Origin: Heteronotia binoei
Taxonomy: Eukaryota
Assembly: GCF_032191835.1 (NCBI RefSeq)
Contig: NC_083233.1
Location: forward strand, 24,428,001-24,492,000
Direction: 5' to 3'
DNA length: 64,000 nucleotides
Under the pieces are notes generated by a model. The model was not told the DNA's origin and ran no database searches. It saw only the letters and a list, made by a program, of their open reading frames with translations. This document shows positions 45,403 to 60,611 of the stretch, piece after piece. Made by a program: the position numbers and the translations under genes. Position 1 is the stretch's first letter. Each line of letters opens with the position of its first letter.

Positions 45403-48400
45403 GTGAGTCTTTTGCTTTATGCTAGCCAAAGATGGACAGGGCCATGAAGGAAGACAAAATCTGTTGGGTGTGGAAGGGAAGGTGACGGTGATGGAAGGGG
45501 GGTGGGGTTGTGTTCTGGACATGTGGTGATTCCTGAACACAGAATTCTTGGATGTGAGACAGTGAGATCAGAGATATTCAATTTATTGTATGCCGGGCTG
45601 GCCTGCCATTTGAGGTTCTACCCTCAGAAATCCATTTACTTGGCCTATGCACCCGATGGCATCCACGTCCTGTTTCTTTACAATCTTATGTATGTGCACA
45701 GCAGGGTTGCCAACTCAGGGGAGTGAAATTCCTGGAGATTTGGAGGTGGAATCTGAGGAGAGGAGGGACCTCAACAGGGTAGTGTGCTATAGAGTCAGTC
45801 TACCTACCCACCAAAGTAGCCATTTTCTCCAGGGGAAACTGATCTCTGTTCAGTTGTAATTCAAGTTGTAATTCAATGAGATCTCCAGGCCCCACCTTGA
45901 GGTTGGCAACACTAGTGCAGATACACAGATGTTCTCTTTTTAGAGGACATGTCCTCTTTTTTTGGTGTCTGTATTCTTTTGGGATCTTTTTAAAAAACCG
46001 ATGAGGATGTCCTCTTTTGGAACATTCCTAGCTAGTAGCAATTATCACAGCTTAAATAAGGGTGTTTAAAATGAGATTGGTGATAATGATCACTTGTTTG
46101 AAGTAGTCAGTCGGGGAATATGTCCTCTTTTCTTTGGCTTTTCAAAATATGATAACTCTATGTGAGCACATGTGTGGTATCAATCCAAAGGAAAATAGCA
46201 TTCAGGACTACAGCACCAGTAGCTTCCCCCTTTCATAGAGTCCAGAATTCTTTCTTTCTCTCTGTCTTAGTGCATGTCCCTGCCCTATTCAGATTGTTAA
46301 CTACCTCTCCACTCAAACACCATGTGAAAATCTGGGCCCGGGCATGCTGAGGCCCTAGACCAGGGGTGGCCAAACTTGCTTAATGTAAGAGCCACACAAA
46401 ATAAACATCAGATGTTCGAGAGCCGCAAGACATGGACGTCAGAGGTTTCAAAGCCACAAGGAAGGAAGGCAGATGGAGGGAGGTGGAAAGAAAGCAACTT
46501 TAACTTTAAATGCATTTTCCAAACCGCTGGCTTGGCTTGGAGAAGTGATTTAAAGAGGCAAATGCTTTCTCCAAGCCAGTTGATGGGGTGGTGGGGGCTT
46601 TGAGAGCCACACAATATGTGTGGAAGAACCACATGTGGCTCCTGAGCTGCTGTTTGGCCATCCCTGCCCTAGACAACATCAAATTTACGATGCCCTATAT
46701 ATCATTATTCTCCCCCCCCCCCCGCCCCTGCAAGGTACGGTAATTCAGTAATTTTTAGTTTTGTTTGTTTTTGTATTTAGAGGCCTCCTCATAATCTGGG
46801 ACCCTAGACTGCAATTTGCTTAGCTTGTGCATGAATCTAGGTCTGTTTTAAGAAATATTCGTGTAGTGCACCATTTGATGTTTGAGAGCTGCAAGACATG
46901 AATGTCAGATGTTTGAGAGCTGTAAGGAAGGAAGGCAAATAGATGGGGGGAGGGAAGTGGAAAGAAAGCAACTTTAATATTAAATTCATTCTCCAAGCTG
47001 CTGACTGGCTTGGCTTGGAGAAGTGATTTAAAGAGACAAATGCTTTCTCCAAGGTGGCCAACAGGTGAGAGAGTACACAGTAAGTATGGGCAACTCCTGC
47101 AACTCCTTAGGGGTATCAAAGCCTCACACTGTCAGGCGTGTGTAGTTGGGTACATTGTTAAAAATGAACCATGCACAAAAGATGCAGCCATGTCTAATAG
47201 CCAGCCTTTATATTTTTAAAAAGCAGATCTGCTGTTTCTTCATGCCTTCCCCAAATGGCAGAAGTTGAGGCTTACTGCATGGCACAGCTTTGATATAATT
47301 AAATCAGCATGAACTTCCTCCCAGCCATCCAAGACTGAGTTTGTCAACAAAGTTAAAATGCTGCAACTTGCTTAAAAATGCCCAAACTTTCAGAAAGGGT
47401 TTCTGAAGGAAGCGTTCTGTGTAACTCCAAAGCTTACATATTGCGTTGGAATTGCTGGTGAGCCTTAATGAGGGTTTTCTTTTTCTTTTCCTGACCTTGT
47501 GGATTTTAATCAGTATTGTGCCTGATTTTAATCAGTGTAGTGACGGTGCACAGTCTTTAGGTGAAGGCCATCTTATCTCATGTCCTGCAGTGATTAAGAG
47601 CTATCTCAAAAACTAAAGAGATAAGGTGCTGCCGTTTCCCAGCATCTGAGATCCTTTCTTGAGTACAACTTGCTCAAAACCGTGGCCAGCCCAAATGCAC
47701 AAGCAATTCAAGTGGTTGCTGGTGGCACCAGTGTTTTCGGGGGTGCTGGTCAACAGTGCATCTTCTGAGATAAGTGCTCCATAATCTTTTCAACGTAGCA
47801 AAGGGTACTGAGAGTCATAACAATTTTTTTTTTTTGCAAGAATGCACTCTGCTGAAATCCATCATAGAGGGTCCAACTTGTCCCTTTTTACCAAAGACAG
47901 TCCTGTTTTCTGGGACCTGTCCCTGCTAAGTCTTTGCCCCCATTTTGGAGAGAGAAATGCTTTTGGAAAATGTGAATTTCTGCCCTTTGGGTCTGGTTGA
48001 ACTCATGTTTCTGGAAGTTAAGTCTCTGAATTGCGGGAGTGTGGGTGTGAGCAGTGTTCCCTCTAAACTGAGTTAGTGTGAGCTAGCTCCTTTTAGCCTC
48101 CAGCTCACACATTTTTGTCTCAGCTCAGGAAAAATGGCCCCAGATCAAACCAATTTATGCAGTAGCTCACAACTTTAATGCCAATAGTTAATGAAGTAAA
48201 ATTTTTGCTCATAAGACTCTGCAGCTTAGAGGGCGTATTGGGTATAGCATCTTGTCCTCAAAGGGCATATGCCTAAATCAAGCACGCATGAACGTTAAGG
48301 CTCTATGTAACATACAAGCTGTAGTTTCACTGGCTGGTGGAGCTCTTCTGTATGATGTTCCCTCTCATTCCCTCCCCCCCCCCTTTACTGAGTGGAGTAG

Positions 48401-51400
48401 TTCACATCCTGAGCAGAATAGAACTGATGTGCTCTTAAAATGGGCAGTGGACAGTACAAGACTCTGCGTGGCTCCAGATCGCTGCCAAATGGGGCTTTCT
48501 GTGTTCATGAGCCACCATTCAGGCACACAGTGTAGAGCAGGGATGTCAAACTCATTTGTTATGAGGGCCGGATTTGACATAAATGAGACCTTGTAGGGCC
48601 AGACCATGTGTATCATAAAATGTAATGCCAGGTAGCAGAGATATAAACTTTATAAAGGACACAAACAAACACAATTAAAGATTTTTAAAAAACTTTAAAA
48701 ATAAAACATGCTTAAACCATTAGCACTTGTTGGTCTTCAAGGTGCTTTCTTTGTATCTCTCCCATGGGATCCGGGGAACTGGGCAAAGGAAGCTCTGGAA
48801 CCTCAGCCTATGGAGAAAACAGAGGCTTTGCTCTGTAGCTCCTGTGCGATTGAGCAAGTCTAGCAAAGCAAGTTGTTATGCAGAAGGAAGCAAGAGAGAA
48901 GGAAGCAGATGACAGCCAGTTGCTCGGAGGCCTGATAGGAGCCCTCCGGGGGCCTGATTTGGCCCCCTGACCACATGTTTGACACCCCTTGCTTAGAGGG
49001 AACAGTGCATATAGCATATCTTTACCTTCTTGGCATTCAAGGATGCCATGGGGCGGGAGAGGAAGCAGAGGGACATCGTTCTGGGGCACCAGATGCTTTG
49101 AGGACCCAGACAAAATGTTGTTGGTATGCAGCTGCAAGTTCAGCCCCATTTATTGATCGAGCTGCAAGCCTCCAGATGGACTGTAATCCCTAGGGAGATC
49201 AGTAAACCAAGCCAACGGAGCTAGTTGACTGAGCCTCCAGGTGGACCTGGAGATCTTCCAAAATTAGAACTGCTTTCCAGGCAACAGAGACAAGTTCCTG
49301 TGGAGAAATGGCTGCTTTGGAGGGTGGACTTTAAGGCATTATACACCATTGAGGTCAAAGTTGGCCAGCCTGTTTATTGAGGGGAAGGAAAGCATAACCC
49401 TAACCTTACAGGGTTGGTATAATGTAGGAGCCATGTAATATCCTGAACTGCTTGAGAGAAGGAATGCGTACAGATCTGAGGAATTAGCATGATATGCATA
49501 GTAAAAACCAAGGACTAGGCTATTTGACAAGCCATATGGTTTGTTTCCATTGGATTTGAGGGTTGGGTCAGGGTAGGGTGAGGGTGAGGGTGAGGGTGGA
49601 ACAAAGGGAAACTTCATTCGAAGCCCCACCGGTGGGGGGAGGGCGGTCTAGGCTGTTCTTCCGTAATTTAAAACAGAACAGGTAATTTCAAGGTAAGTGA
49701 ACAAAACCTGCGATGGAACTTGATCACTCATTTAACAAAGGCTGGGGAGAGTTTGGGTGGCAGTCCTCACAATGAAAACCAGAGGTGTTATAAACAAGTC
49801 TGGGAAGCGTTGAAGATGATGTGAATAATGCTTGGAAAGTCCAAATTCTTCTCCAAGAAAAGCAATAGGGTTGCCAGTCCCCAGCTGAGGGCAGGAGACT
49901 CCCCAGTTTGGAGGCCCTCCCCTCGCTTCAAGGTTATCTGAAAGCAGAGGGAGGGGAATGTCTGCTTGGCACTCCATTATACCCCATGGTATTCCCATAG
50001 GGTATAATGGAGAATTGATCTGTGGGTATGGGGGGGCGCTGTTTTTTGAGGTAGAGGCAACAAATTTTCAGCATAGCATCCAGTGCCTCTCCTCAACCCC
50101 ACCCCCTCCAAATTTCAAAAAGATTGGACCAGGGAACCCAATTCTATTAGCTCCAAAAGAAAGTGCCCCTATCCTTCATTATTCCAAATGAAGGCAAGGT
50201 GTTTAAAAGGCATACTGCCCCTTTAAATGTGATGATCAGAACTCCCTTCAGAGTTCAATTGTGCTTGTCCCACTCTTGCCCTCGGCTCCACCCCCAAAGT
50301 TCCTAGACATTTCTTGAGTCAGACCTGAGAACCCTAGAAAGCAAGATTTTATTTAATTTGTTTGATTTTCCTAATCCAATCCGTTTATGTTAGTGGTGGG
50401 AGTGGAGGAAAGGACAGTGCCACATGGCACCAAAAATCTCACAAGCTTCTGAGATCTCATCAATCATGGATCTCAAAGAATGAACACTTCTCTCCCCACC
50501 CCCTTAAATGAATGCTAAGATTTTTCATTGTGTTGAATTTGAGTCCTGTGTCTCTGGCACCAATTCAGTATATGCTCAGTCCAGGATATTGTATACTGCC
50601 TGCATCCTGGAAACTGCCTGTATATCTGATGCTGCCAGCATTTCCAGCTGTGCACAGTGATGTCAAAACAGGTACTAAATTAGCAGCTGGAAAGGTGCGC
50701 TTAGAAAGAGACAATCTACAATCTGCCAGACAGTTCTCTTGTGCAAGTCACATTCAAATGCATAGGAAACCCAAACAGAACAAGAAATTGGTTTCTGAGA
50801 TAAGAACTCCCTGCTAGAGCCTAGAACAGGGGTGGTCAAACTGCAGCTGGGGAGCCACATGCGGCTCTTTCGCACACATTGTGCAGCTTCCAGAGATCAA
50901 GGAGGAACTTAATGTAAGCTTACCCTCAAGTAAGCATGGCTAACTAATATGATCAGATGTGACGGTAATCATATGGATTTGGTCTGGACCCCGTACGGGG
51001 GTGTGTTATTTGTTGTAATTTATTGAAACTTTTAAAATAAAATTTAAATTATAAAAAAAAAAAGTAAGCATGGCTAGCATTGGGACCTCAGTCAGCCTCT
51101 GAGTGCTGACCCATGGGTAGGCAACTATTTCTGCTGTGTATGAAGCAGGGGAGGAGTGGGAAATAGGCAGGCTTCTCCTCCTCTGACATTCTATACGGCT
51201 TTTACTCTAAGTAAGTTTGGTCACTAGGGCTGCCAAACTCCCACCGGGGGGTGGGGGATCCCCCAGTTTCGGGGGCCCCAACCCACCAACACGGAGCAGG
51301 CTGCCGGGGGGGATCCTCACCCCTGAAGGGCCCCGTCATCACGACATGCCCTGTGCGATGATGTCACGTGGAAGTGACATCACATCAGGATGCTCTAGGA

Positions 51401-51868
51401 TTCATGGTAAAACTCTAGGGTACCATAGAGTTTTTACCACGAATCCTAGAGCATGCCCAGTGCAATGTTGTCACTTCAGGTGACATCATCGTGTTGTTGC
51501 ACGTAAGATGAGTCCCCCGCCGCAGCGGCAGAGGAACTTGGCAACCCTATTGGCCACCCCTGGCCTAGAATATAGGTCACTCTAATTGCTTCTGGACTTA
51601 AACTTTTGCAGGGCTCATCCAGCCCTTGTTCTCAATCAGTTGCAAGCAGAGTTGCAAGTGGGATTCCACAGGAAATGTGCTACCCTAAGGAATTTTTTCT
51701 ACCTCCATTGAAGGATGTAACTCTGCTTAGAATGGTACTGTTAATACTGCACTATGTTCCTAATAAAAATCCAGCCAAAGCCATCCCTATGGGCAAGTAT
51801 AATATTTTTGAGGTGGCCACAAAATTTAGCAACCTTAAACTCTGAAAAGCAAGTTTGTACCCTTTTAA

Positions 51869-52102
<234 letters not shown>

Positions 52103-52940
52103 TGAAGGGATGACCCAAATTCATGAGAGTCTATGGTTGAAAGCCTCAAAAGGGAACCCCCCCTGGAGAATCTCCAGAGGGATATTAAGGAAGGGAACCA
52201 TGAACATTGGAAGGGATCCCCATGGACTGCTTAGCCTAAAAGTGCACAACTGTGGAACCACCCCCACCCCCCGCTAAACAGTCTACCAGTCACATACAGT
52301 GGTCTGTCAGGAACAAGATATTCCAGCTTGTGCACCCACCAACTGCTAAAAGAAGGAGGCACCAAACATCTGGTAGGCCACAATATATTGTACATAGCCT
52401 ACCTTTGGTTTGTTGGGGCACAGGCTGGGCAGGCCTGATCTAGCCCAAGCCGCTTGTCCCAGGATGGGACAGGATAAGGGATCAAGTGCCTAGGAATTGC
52501 TGCAGCCCATATGTAAATTGTCAGGATTAGGAGACGCAAGCAGATGTAGGGCTGATCCTTCCTTTTTCCAGCAAGGCTTCCATGCCATTAACAACTACAG
52601 GGTAAAGAGGAATTAAGAGTGTTTTTGCCACCATTGTGTCTCTGCATTGGAAAAAGCTTCGATTGCAAGGGGTAAAACCTAGTGGCCACTTAGGGCAGAC
52701 AACAAAGTCCAAGATTTTTCACTGAGGTTTTTTTCTATTCCCTTTTGAGTTCATACCTACAATTACAACCATGCGAAACCTGGAAGTGGTAAGCGTTGGT
52801 TTGTGGCCTGCCTTTTAGTGGTCGCTTGGGTAGGATCTGCTATCAGGGCACTTGGATGTCCTGCTCTTTCTGCATGTGCAGAAGGCTGCTGGGTGCACTG
52901 CAGATGCGAATGCAGATTTGCATCCAGATTGGTCACTTAA

Positions 52941-53219
<279 letters not shown>

Positions 53220-54893
53220 TAGATGCATCCAGTTCTTTAGGCCATTCTTTGCTGCACAGTTCCCCAGTTATAGCTGGGAAAGAATAGTGGTCTTGAGGCA
53301 CAGAAGAACGGCTGCTTCCACATGGGTGTTGTTTCCAACTTAGCTCACCAACTGAAGCAGGGTTTTTTTTGGAGTATCTGCAGCATAGTATTCTCCAGAT
53401 CTTTTTTTTGTAGCAGGAACTCCTTTGCATATTAGGCCACACACCCCTGATGTAGCCAATCCTCCTGGAGCTCACAGAAAGCCCTGTAAGAAGAGCCCTG
53501 TAAGCTCTTGGAGAATTGGGTACATCAGGGGTGTGTGGCCTAATATGCAAAGGAGTTCCTGCTACAAAAAAAGCCCTGGTGTCTTCCAATCATTCTCCTT
53601 CTGTCAGTTTCCATGGATTTTCTGGGTTTGCCCTGATGTTGCCTGAGCTTGCTTCACTGGGATCTCTCCAAACATTTTGTAGTCAATGCAGATTTTCTCA
53701 CTATGTGCATGGGAAGGTGCGGAGTTCCATAACTCCCTGCCTATTAGCCAACATTTCCCTTCAGTATCTCACACCTTCCACTATTTGCCCCACTGGGGAG
53801 ACTTACATGTACATAGAGATTCTCCAATACGGCAGATTTCCCCAATGGGACTGTTCCAGGTTGAGAAAATAGCACGGGGATGGGGGGAGGTTTAAGCCCC
53901 CTCTCCTCACAGTCGTATTTGACATCAGGCCCCTGTGGACTTGGATCTACCAGGTAGAGTTATGCCCACAGAATTTACCCCAGAGATTATATGGAAACTG
54001 TGAGCTTTTAAGAATTGCCTTCTCTGACTTCTGCCCTGCATCCCAGTGGTATTCTAGGCATGTTCATTCTGGGGAAGGAAGTTAGAATCTCCACTTTCTT
54101 TTAGCTCTCAGTACCAGTGGTGGATCATTTGGGTTTTGCAGAGTGCTGAAAGTGCATAACTCATAATCTGGTTGGCGTGTGCGGTCCAAAAATAAACATG
54201 CAGAGCCCATCTTTGTAAACTGAGTCTTTTTATTTAAGGAACTTCATTCTAGACAGGGTAGAATGGAGATAAGTTTCTAATCTCATCAAACTCTCTAAGA
54301 CAGATGGAAGAAGAAGAAGATGATGATATTGGATTTATATCCCACCCTCCACTCCGAAGAGTCTCAGAGCGGCTCACAATCTCCTTTACCTTCCTCCCCC
54401 ACAACAGACACCCTGTGAGGTGGGTGGGGCTAGAGAGGGCTCTCACAGCAGAGACACCTGCCAGAGCCACGGCTGACCCAAGGCCATGCTAGCAGGTGCA
54501 AGTGGAGGGGGGAGAATCAAACCCGGTTCTCCCAGATAAGAGTCCACACACTTAACCACTACACCAAGCTGGCTCTCAATAACAAGAGATAAGAGGTGTG
54601 TCCCACTCTCCTGCTGGCAAGATGGAGAAGGCTCGTATAGTGTGGAGAGAAGTTGTGAGATTAGATGGAAATTTCCCTAAAAGCAGCAATCTACACATCA
54701 AAGGAATAATATCAGAGGAGTGAAGGAAAGGATGCTCAGTGTTCTAGCCTATCTCTCTCTCTCTCTCTCTGACTCTCTTATAGTCCTTCTCTGAAGGCTG
54801 AGGCTTAGACAGCACAAAGGCCTTCAGTTCCAACAACCAGTGTGATGGGGACCATAGTCCAGTGCACTAATCTTCCATCTCTTTTGCACACAG

Positions 54894-54962
54894 CGAAAAG
54901 GAGAGGATTTAAATGAGACAGAACAGATCTCCATCATAGAGCGGTTCCCCTACCCTTTCCAG
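54894..54962 (+). CDS. BTK: BTK coding exon 3
   Basis: cag|CGA...CAG|gtgagc; RKGEDLNETEQISIIERFPYPFQ. Confidence 0.96.
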
Positions 54963-55905
54963 GTGAGCTGTCCTCGCTGTCAACGCTTTTGTCACCGATG
55001 TCTGGGCCTTTAGGGCAAGAAGAGGGTGTGATTCTTTGGTTGTGGCCCTAAATGGCTCCCTGAATCCACTTCTTGAAGCCCCCCATTTCACCCTACTCTG
55101 TGGTAACCCCAGTTCTGTTTCTATTTAAACATTCTTTTATCGGGAACTGATTAAGCGTCTCCAGAGAAGGCCTGTTTCAGCTCCCAAATACACTTTCTGC
55201 TCAACAGAAGCATGCCTAGGACCCTTGCAGTTTGGACCCAAAATGTGGATCTGAATCATTTTGTAGTCAATTCGCTTGCAAACTGAATGATTTGAAGCAG
55301 TCATTACGTTAAGGGCCAGGACTTATCTTAGGGCCAAACCGCACAGTACAGATTTTGGCAAGTTGGGTCCACGTTTCCCTGTAGTCACACAGCAGCAGCA
55401 GGGAAAGGAATTTTAAAAGTTTCTGGGTACAGTTTGGCTCAGGAGGATAGTGTGAGAGAGGAGGGGTTCCTGTTTCCCCCCCACACCCACACACCACGTA
55501 CACAGTGTCATCCTGAGCCAAACTTGGCCCAGTAGATTTTAAAAATCCCTTTCCTTGCAGGCGTTGTTCCCTAGACCTGACACATAAAAACCATAATATG
55601 GCACTTATCTAATAAGATTCCAAGAGACATTACCTGCCATTGCACCAAAGAATCATGCCTGTTGTTTAAAGGTATTTGACCTTGGAGGTCATTACTATCC
55701 CCTTTTCTGAAGCACACGCATTAAAAAAAAAAACTGCATCCATTTCCACCATTCATATTTTGGAAATCCAAATGTGATCAAAGAACAAGGCTGGCTGTTT
55801 GGATGGGAAGAACAAAAAGAACAAACAAGCCTGGCATTGCACAGGCTAAATAGTCCATGTACAACGCACAAGAAGCATCTTTCTTCTTGTCTGCATGCCT
55901 CTTAG

Positions 55906-56315
<410 letters not shown>

Positions 56316-56805
56316 TAATGCTGGCAGGCATCCAAAACTGACAGCCACAGAATGCTTTATATGGAGAGCAGTTAATGAATGAAGAGTAAATAAGTATCAT
56401 CATCATTATTATTTATTTGCTGCTTTTATACCGTTTCTCTTCCCATTGGGGAACCAAAATGGCTTACATCATTCTCCTCCCCTCCATTTTATCCTCACAA
56501 CAATCCTGTAAGGTAGGTTAGGCTGAGAGTGTGTCTGGCCCAAGGCTACCCCATGAGCTTCCACAGCAGAGTTGGGATTCGAATCTGGGGCTGCCAGATC
56601 CTAGTCCGGGGGTGGCCAAACTGTGACTTGGGAGCCATATGTGGCTCTTTCACATATATTGTGTGGCTCTCAAAGTCCCCACCATCTTGTTGGCTGGCTT
56701 GGAGAAGGCATTTCTCTCTTTAAATCACTTCTCTAAGCCAAGCCAGCCAGTGGCTTAGAGAATGCATTTAAAGTTAAAGTTGCTTTCTTTCCACCTCTCC
56801 TTCCC

Positions 56806-56959
56806 NNNNNNNNNNNNNNNNNNNNNNNNNNNNNNNNNNNNNNNNNNNNNNNNNNNNNNNNNNNNNNNNNNNNNNNNNNNNNNNNNNNNNNNNNNNNNNN
56901 NNNNNNNNNNNNNNNNNNNNNNNNNNNNNNNNNNNNNNNNNNNNNNNNNNNNNNNNNNN
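56806..56959. other. Assembly gap (154 N) inside a hAT-type MITE (~56607-57042)
   Basis: Run of N; flanks are the two halves of the caggggtggccaaac family, so an exon is unlikely to be lost. Confidence 0.98.
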
Positions 56960-57220
56960 ATTTGATGTTCATGTCTTCAACTTTCAAACATCTGACATTT
57001 ATTCTATGTGGTTCTTTTGTTAAACAAGTTTGGCTACCCCTGTCCTAGTCCAACACTCTAATTGCTACACTTCACCAGCTCTCAATTGTTATATTTCCTC
57101 TGGTGTGTGCTGTGTTCCATGACAGTAATGCAGAAATGTGCACAAAAGAAGCTGAAAGCATTTTAAACATCTCTTATGAATGCACCAGGATTAATGTGCT
57201 CTGTTTTCCTTTTACTGAAG

Positions 57221-57288
57221 GTTTCAGAAATGTTCGTTCACACCAAAAAGTAGAGAAGCCTCTACCGCCCACTCCAGAGGAGGAACAG
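57221..57288 (+). CDS. BTK: BTK coding exon 6 (proline-rich region 1)
   Basis: aag|GT TTC...CAG|gtaaat; FRNVRSHQKVEKPLPPTPEEEQ. Confidence 0.95.
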
Positions 57289-57317
57289 GTAAATCTCTTG
57301 CAATGGGGTCTGACTAG

Positions 57318-57566
<249 letters not shown>

Positions 57567-57974
57567 TAAGAACCCAGCGCGGAGAAGCCCCGTTGTGCTG
57601 CTCCGTCATTCCTTTTCCACATTCTGCTGCGAGGAAAGCTGAAACGGTAGCCCTTTTCAAATTGCCTTTGCATTCTGTTTTAGGAACTGATTGCTAATAG
57701 ATTTTTTGTGTCATTTTAGACAGGTTCGTTTTAGTAACCGGGTGCTAGTGAAATTTATTTTCCTGTTCATACAAACCTGCTTGTGCATGGTTAGCAAAGC
57801 ATGGTTGAGCCACTTTTGAAGGAAACAGCTTTCTTCCATATTCCGCCTCTTTGTTTCGCTTTTGAATCGCTGTGGTGTGCTGTTTAAAATGTCCCTAGTG
57901 CTTCCTACAATGCCGCTTTCCCCCCTGCCCTTTTTCACCGCACAATCTTCCTTGGACTTTTTTCTTTCGACGAC

Positions 57975-58124
57975 CTAAGTTGAGTGTTGTAGCGCTAAGC
58001 CAATATAGCGCTTCAGCATTATAGAGGCACTATTGAGATGGAGTCCGTGGAGTCAGTGCATCTCTATGGTGCCTCTACAGCACTGAAGTGCTATATTGGT
58101 TTAGTGCTATAGCGCTCAACTTAG
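57975..58124. repeat. ~150-bp foldback hairpin (66-bp arms), probable MITE core
   Basis: ctaagttgag...gagatg mirrored by catctc...ctcaacttag; differences mostly transitions. Confidence 0.8.
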
Positions 58125-58434
58125 AACGTTAAGAAAAAAGGTTTGAGGACAACTGAGCAGGACAAAAGTGCGGGGAAAATCAGCACTGTTTGAAATGACC
58201 ATAGCTAGCCAAATCAACCCTTGTGATCAATGGGGTGACTGATAGCACAGCCAGATCGCCCTCACATCCGTGGCATTTCAGGGACAGCTCATTAAGGGAA
58301 GGAAATTCGCTGTATGAAACCCTCATCCCTGTATTGCATTACTCAAAACCAGTTCAACAGCGAATAACATCTGGTTTAGAATGGTAATGTGAAAAGTCCC
58401 TGGGGTTACAAGCAGCGCTTAATGTAGTGCTGTA

Positions 58435-58630
58435 GGCCCAGACTTGCCTTATCTTACCAGATCTCAGAAGCTAAGCAGGTTAGTACTTGGATGGGAGATT
58501 ACCAAGGGATTACCAGGATCATGACACAGAGGCAGGCAATGGCAAACTACCTCTGTTAGCCTCTTGCCTGGAAAACCCCATGGTCTCTCTAAGTCAGCTG
58601 TGACATGACGGCACTTTACACACACACACA
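58435..58630 (+). mobile_element. 5S rRNA-derived SINE with Sauria/RTE-like tail
   Basis: agatctcagaagctaagcag...gttagtacttggatgggaga then ggcaatggcaaactacctctg...aagtcagctgtgacatgacggcacttt(ac)n. Confidence 0.78.
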
Positions 58631-60548
58631 CATTCCCTGTAAAAAACCAGCAGTGCCTGTCTTCACAACCACAAGGTCCTACTGTCCCCTCAGAAGTGAG
58701 GTAAAAATGGACCATATGCTAAGAGATCCATGGCAAGATGCTTCCCCAGCATCTTTTAAAGCACAGCTTACAGCCGCATTGGGACCAATGTGGATTAGGC
58801 CCTGTGGGAAAGGGAGAAGGAATGTAACCCTTCTGCACTCCGTATGGTTTTGCAGAAGATTTTGTTCATGGAAATGACTTTCAAAGAGCAGGGGTGGTTT
58901 TAACTAGTGAAATTGTTCAGGTGCAGAAGGTCATACCTTCTCTCTATTTACTGTGTGGCCACGATCCGAATTGGCCCCAGGAGGCTGTAATTTTCCTCTA
59001 AAAGACTGATCGAAGTAATGTCTAATAATAATAATAATATAGTGTGTTGCCAAGTTCCAAGCAACTGATGGTGACCCCAGGACCATGGGGTTTTCAAGGC
59101 AAGAGATGAGTAGAGGTGGTTTGCTGCTGCCTGCCTCCGTGTAGCAATCCTGGGCTTCTTTCATGGTTTTCCATTCAAGTCCTGCAGTCAACCCTGTATA
59201 ACTTCCAAGCTTTACAGGATCAGGCTAGGTTGGACTGTTAGGTTGCTAAGTCATGTCTAGTTGGACTAAAAGTCTTGCTCACATAAGGTTCTACTTTTCT
59301 CTACAATTTCCTTTTTGTTTCTTGATTGGATGGTTTGTTTGCTAGTCAGGTCATTCTTATCACTACTTAATCATTAGTATTTAGGAATTTGGGAGTGAGG
59401 AAACTGAGTATTGCTTTTCAACTTTGTAGGCAAAACCGCTCTCCTTTTTTATGGCGATGATGAAATTACAAAAAAAATTAACAATAAAAACAACAATTCA
59501 TTAACAAGTATCTTACAAAACAGTTTAAACAAGTTCAGTTAATCAAGTAGGAATTGTTTTTTTCAAGTTCATTCCAAATACATTGAAAACAAAATTGTTA
59601 AATGCAATTTTTTTTTACTAACATCTTTTGCAGCTGCAGTTTAAAATATACAGCATTCCAAATGGAGAATTGTGTCTTCTGACAGTATTTGGGAAAGACA
59701 GCTGCAAAAATTGTATTGATGAGATTTTGCAAATGACAGTGGCTTTGACTTTACACCAGAAGTTGTTTTGATTCCCTCCCCCAAAATAAGAACTGGTCAT
59801 TCAGCAACTAAGCAGGGCATAGACTGTTGTTCTTTTCCATGGCCTTTTTTGTAGAAAAAGCCCAGCAGGAACTCATTAGCATCTTAGGTCACACGCCATG
59901 ACATCACCATTGCTTCACACAGGGCTTTTTTTTGTAGAAAAAGCCCAGCAGGAACTCATTTGCATACTAGACCACACACACACACACACCCCGACACCAA
60001 GCCAGCCGGAACTGCGTTCCTGCTAAAAAAAAGCTCTGCTCTTCTACTGCTAAAAAGGTAAAGGTAGTCCCCTGAGCAAGCACCAGTCATTTCCGACTAA
60101 CATTTTCACGGCAGACTTTTTACAGGGTGGTTTGCGATTGCCTTCCCCAATCATCTACACTCCCCCCCCCCCCCAGCAAGCTGGGTACTCATTTTACCAA
60201 CCTCGGAAGGATGGAAGGCTGAGTCAACCTGGAGCCGGCTACCTGAACCAGCTTTTGCTGGGATCGAACTCAGGTCGTGAGCAGAGGGCTCCGACTGCAG
60301 TACTGCAGCTTTACCACTCTGCGCCATGGGGCTCTACAGACAGACTAACATAGGTGTCCATCATGATTTGCATCCTAAACAAACTACAATCCCCAGGATT
60401 CTTTGGGAGAAGCCATTATAGTGATATTGATATGTAGTGTAGATGTGCCATGTGTTCTACCATCTGTCCGTCAACTCAACTTTTACCTTGTCTTCTCCAT
60501 CTGTTCCTTGGAGAGTGGCTTATATGGTCTTTTCCCTCCACTTGGCAG

Positions 60549-60611
60549 GGAAGACGGTTATATTCCCAGCAACTATGTCACTGAAGCAAGAGATTCCCTG
60601 GAGATGTTTGA
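60549..60611 (+). CDS. BTK: BTK coding exon 8 (SH3 end)
   Basis: cag|G GAA...TTT GA|gtgagt; EDGYIPSNYVTEARDSLEMF. Confidence 0.96.

Noticed and set aside
56806-56959. Possible missing BTK exon in the N gap
   Set aside because: The flanking exons (56149-56277 and 57221-57288) join in phase with no missing sequence, and the gap lies within a MITE.
57625-57650. Hammerhead-like words (gaggaaagctgaaac) in a BTK intron
   Set aside because: No CUGANGA core at the right spacing and no stems I or III.
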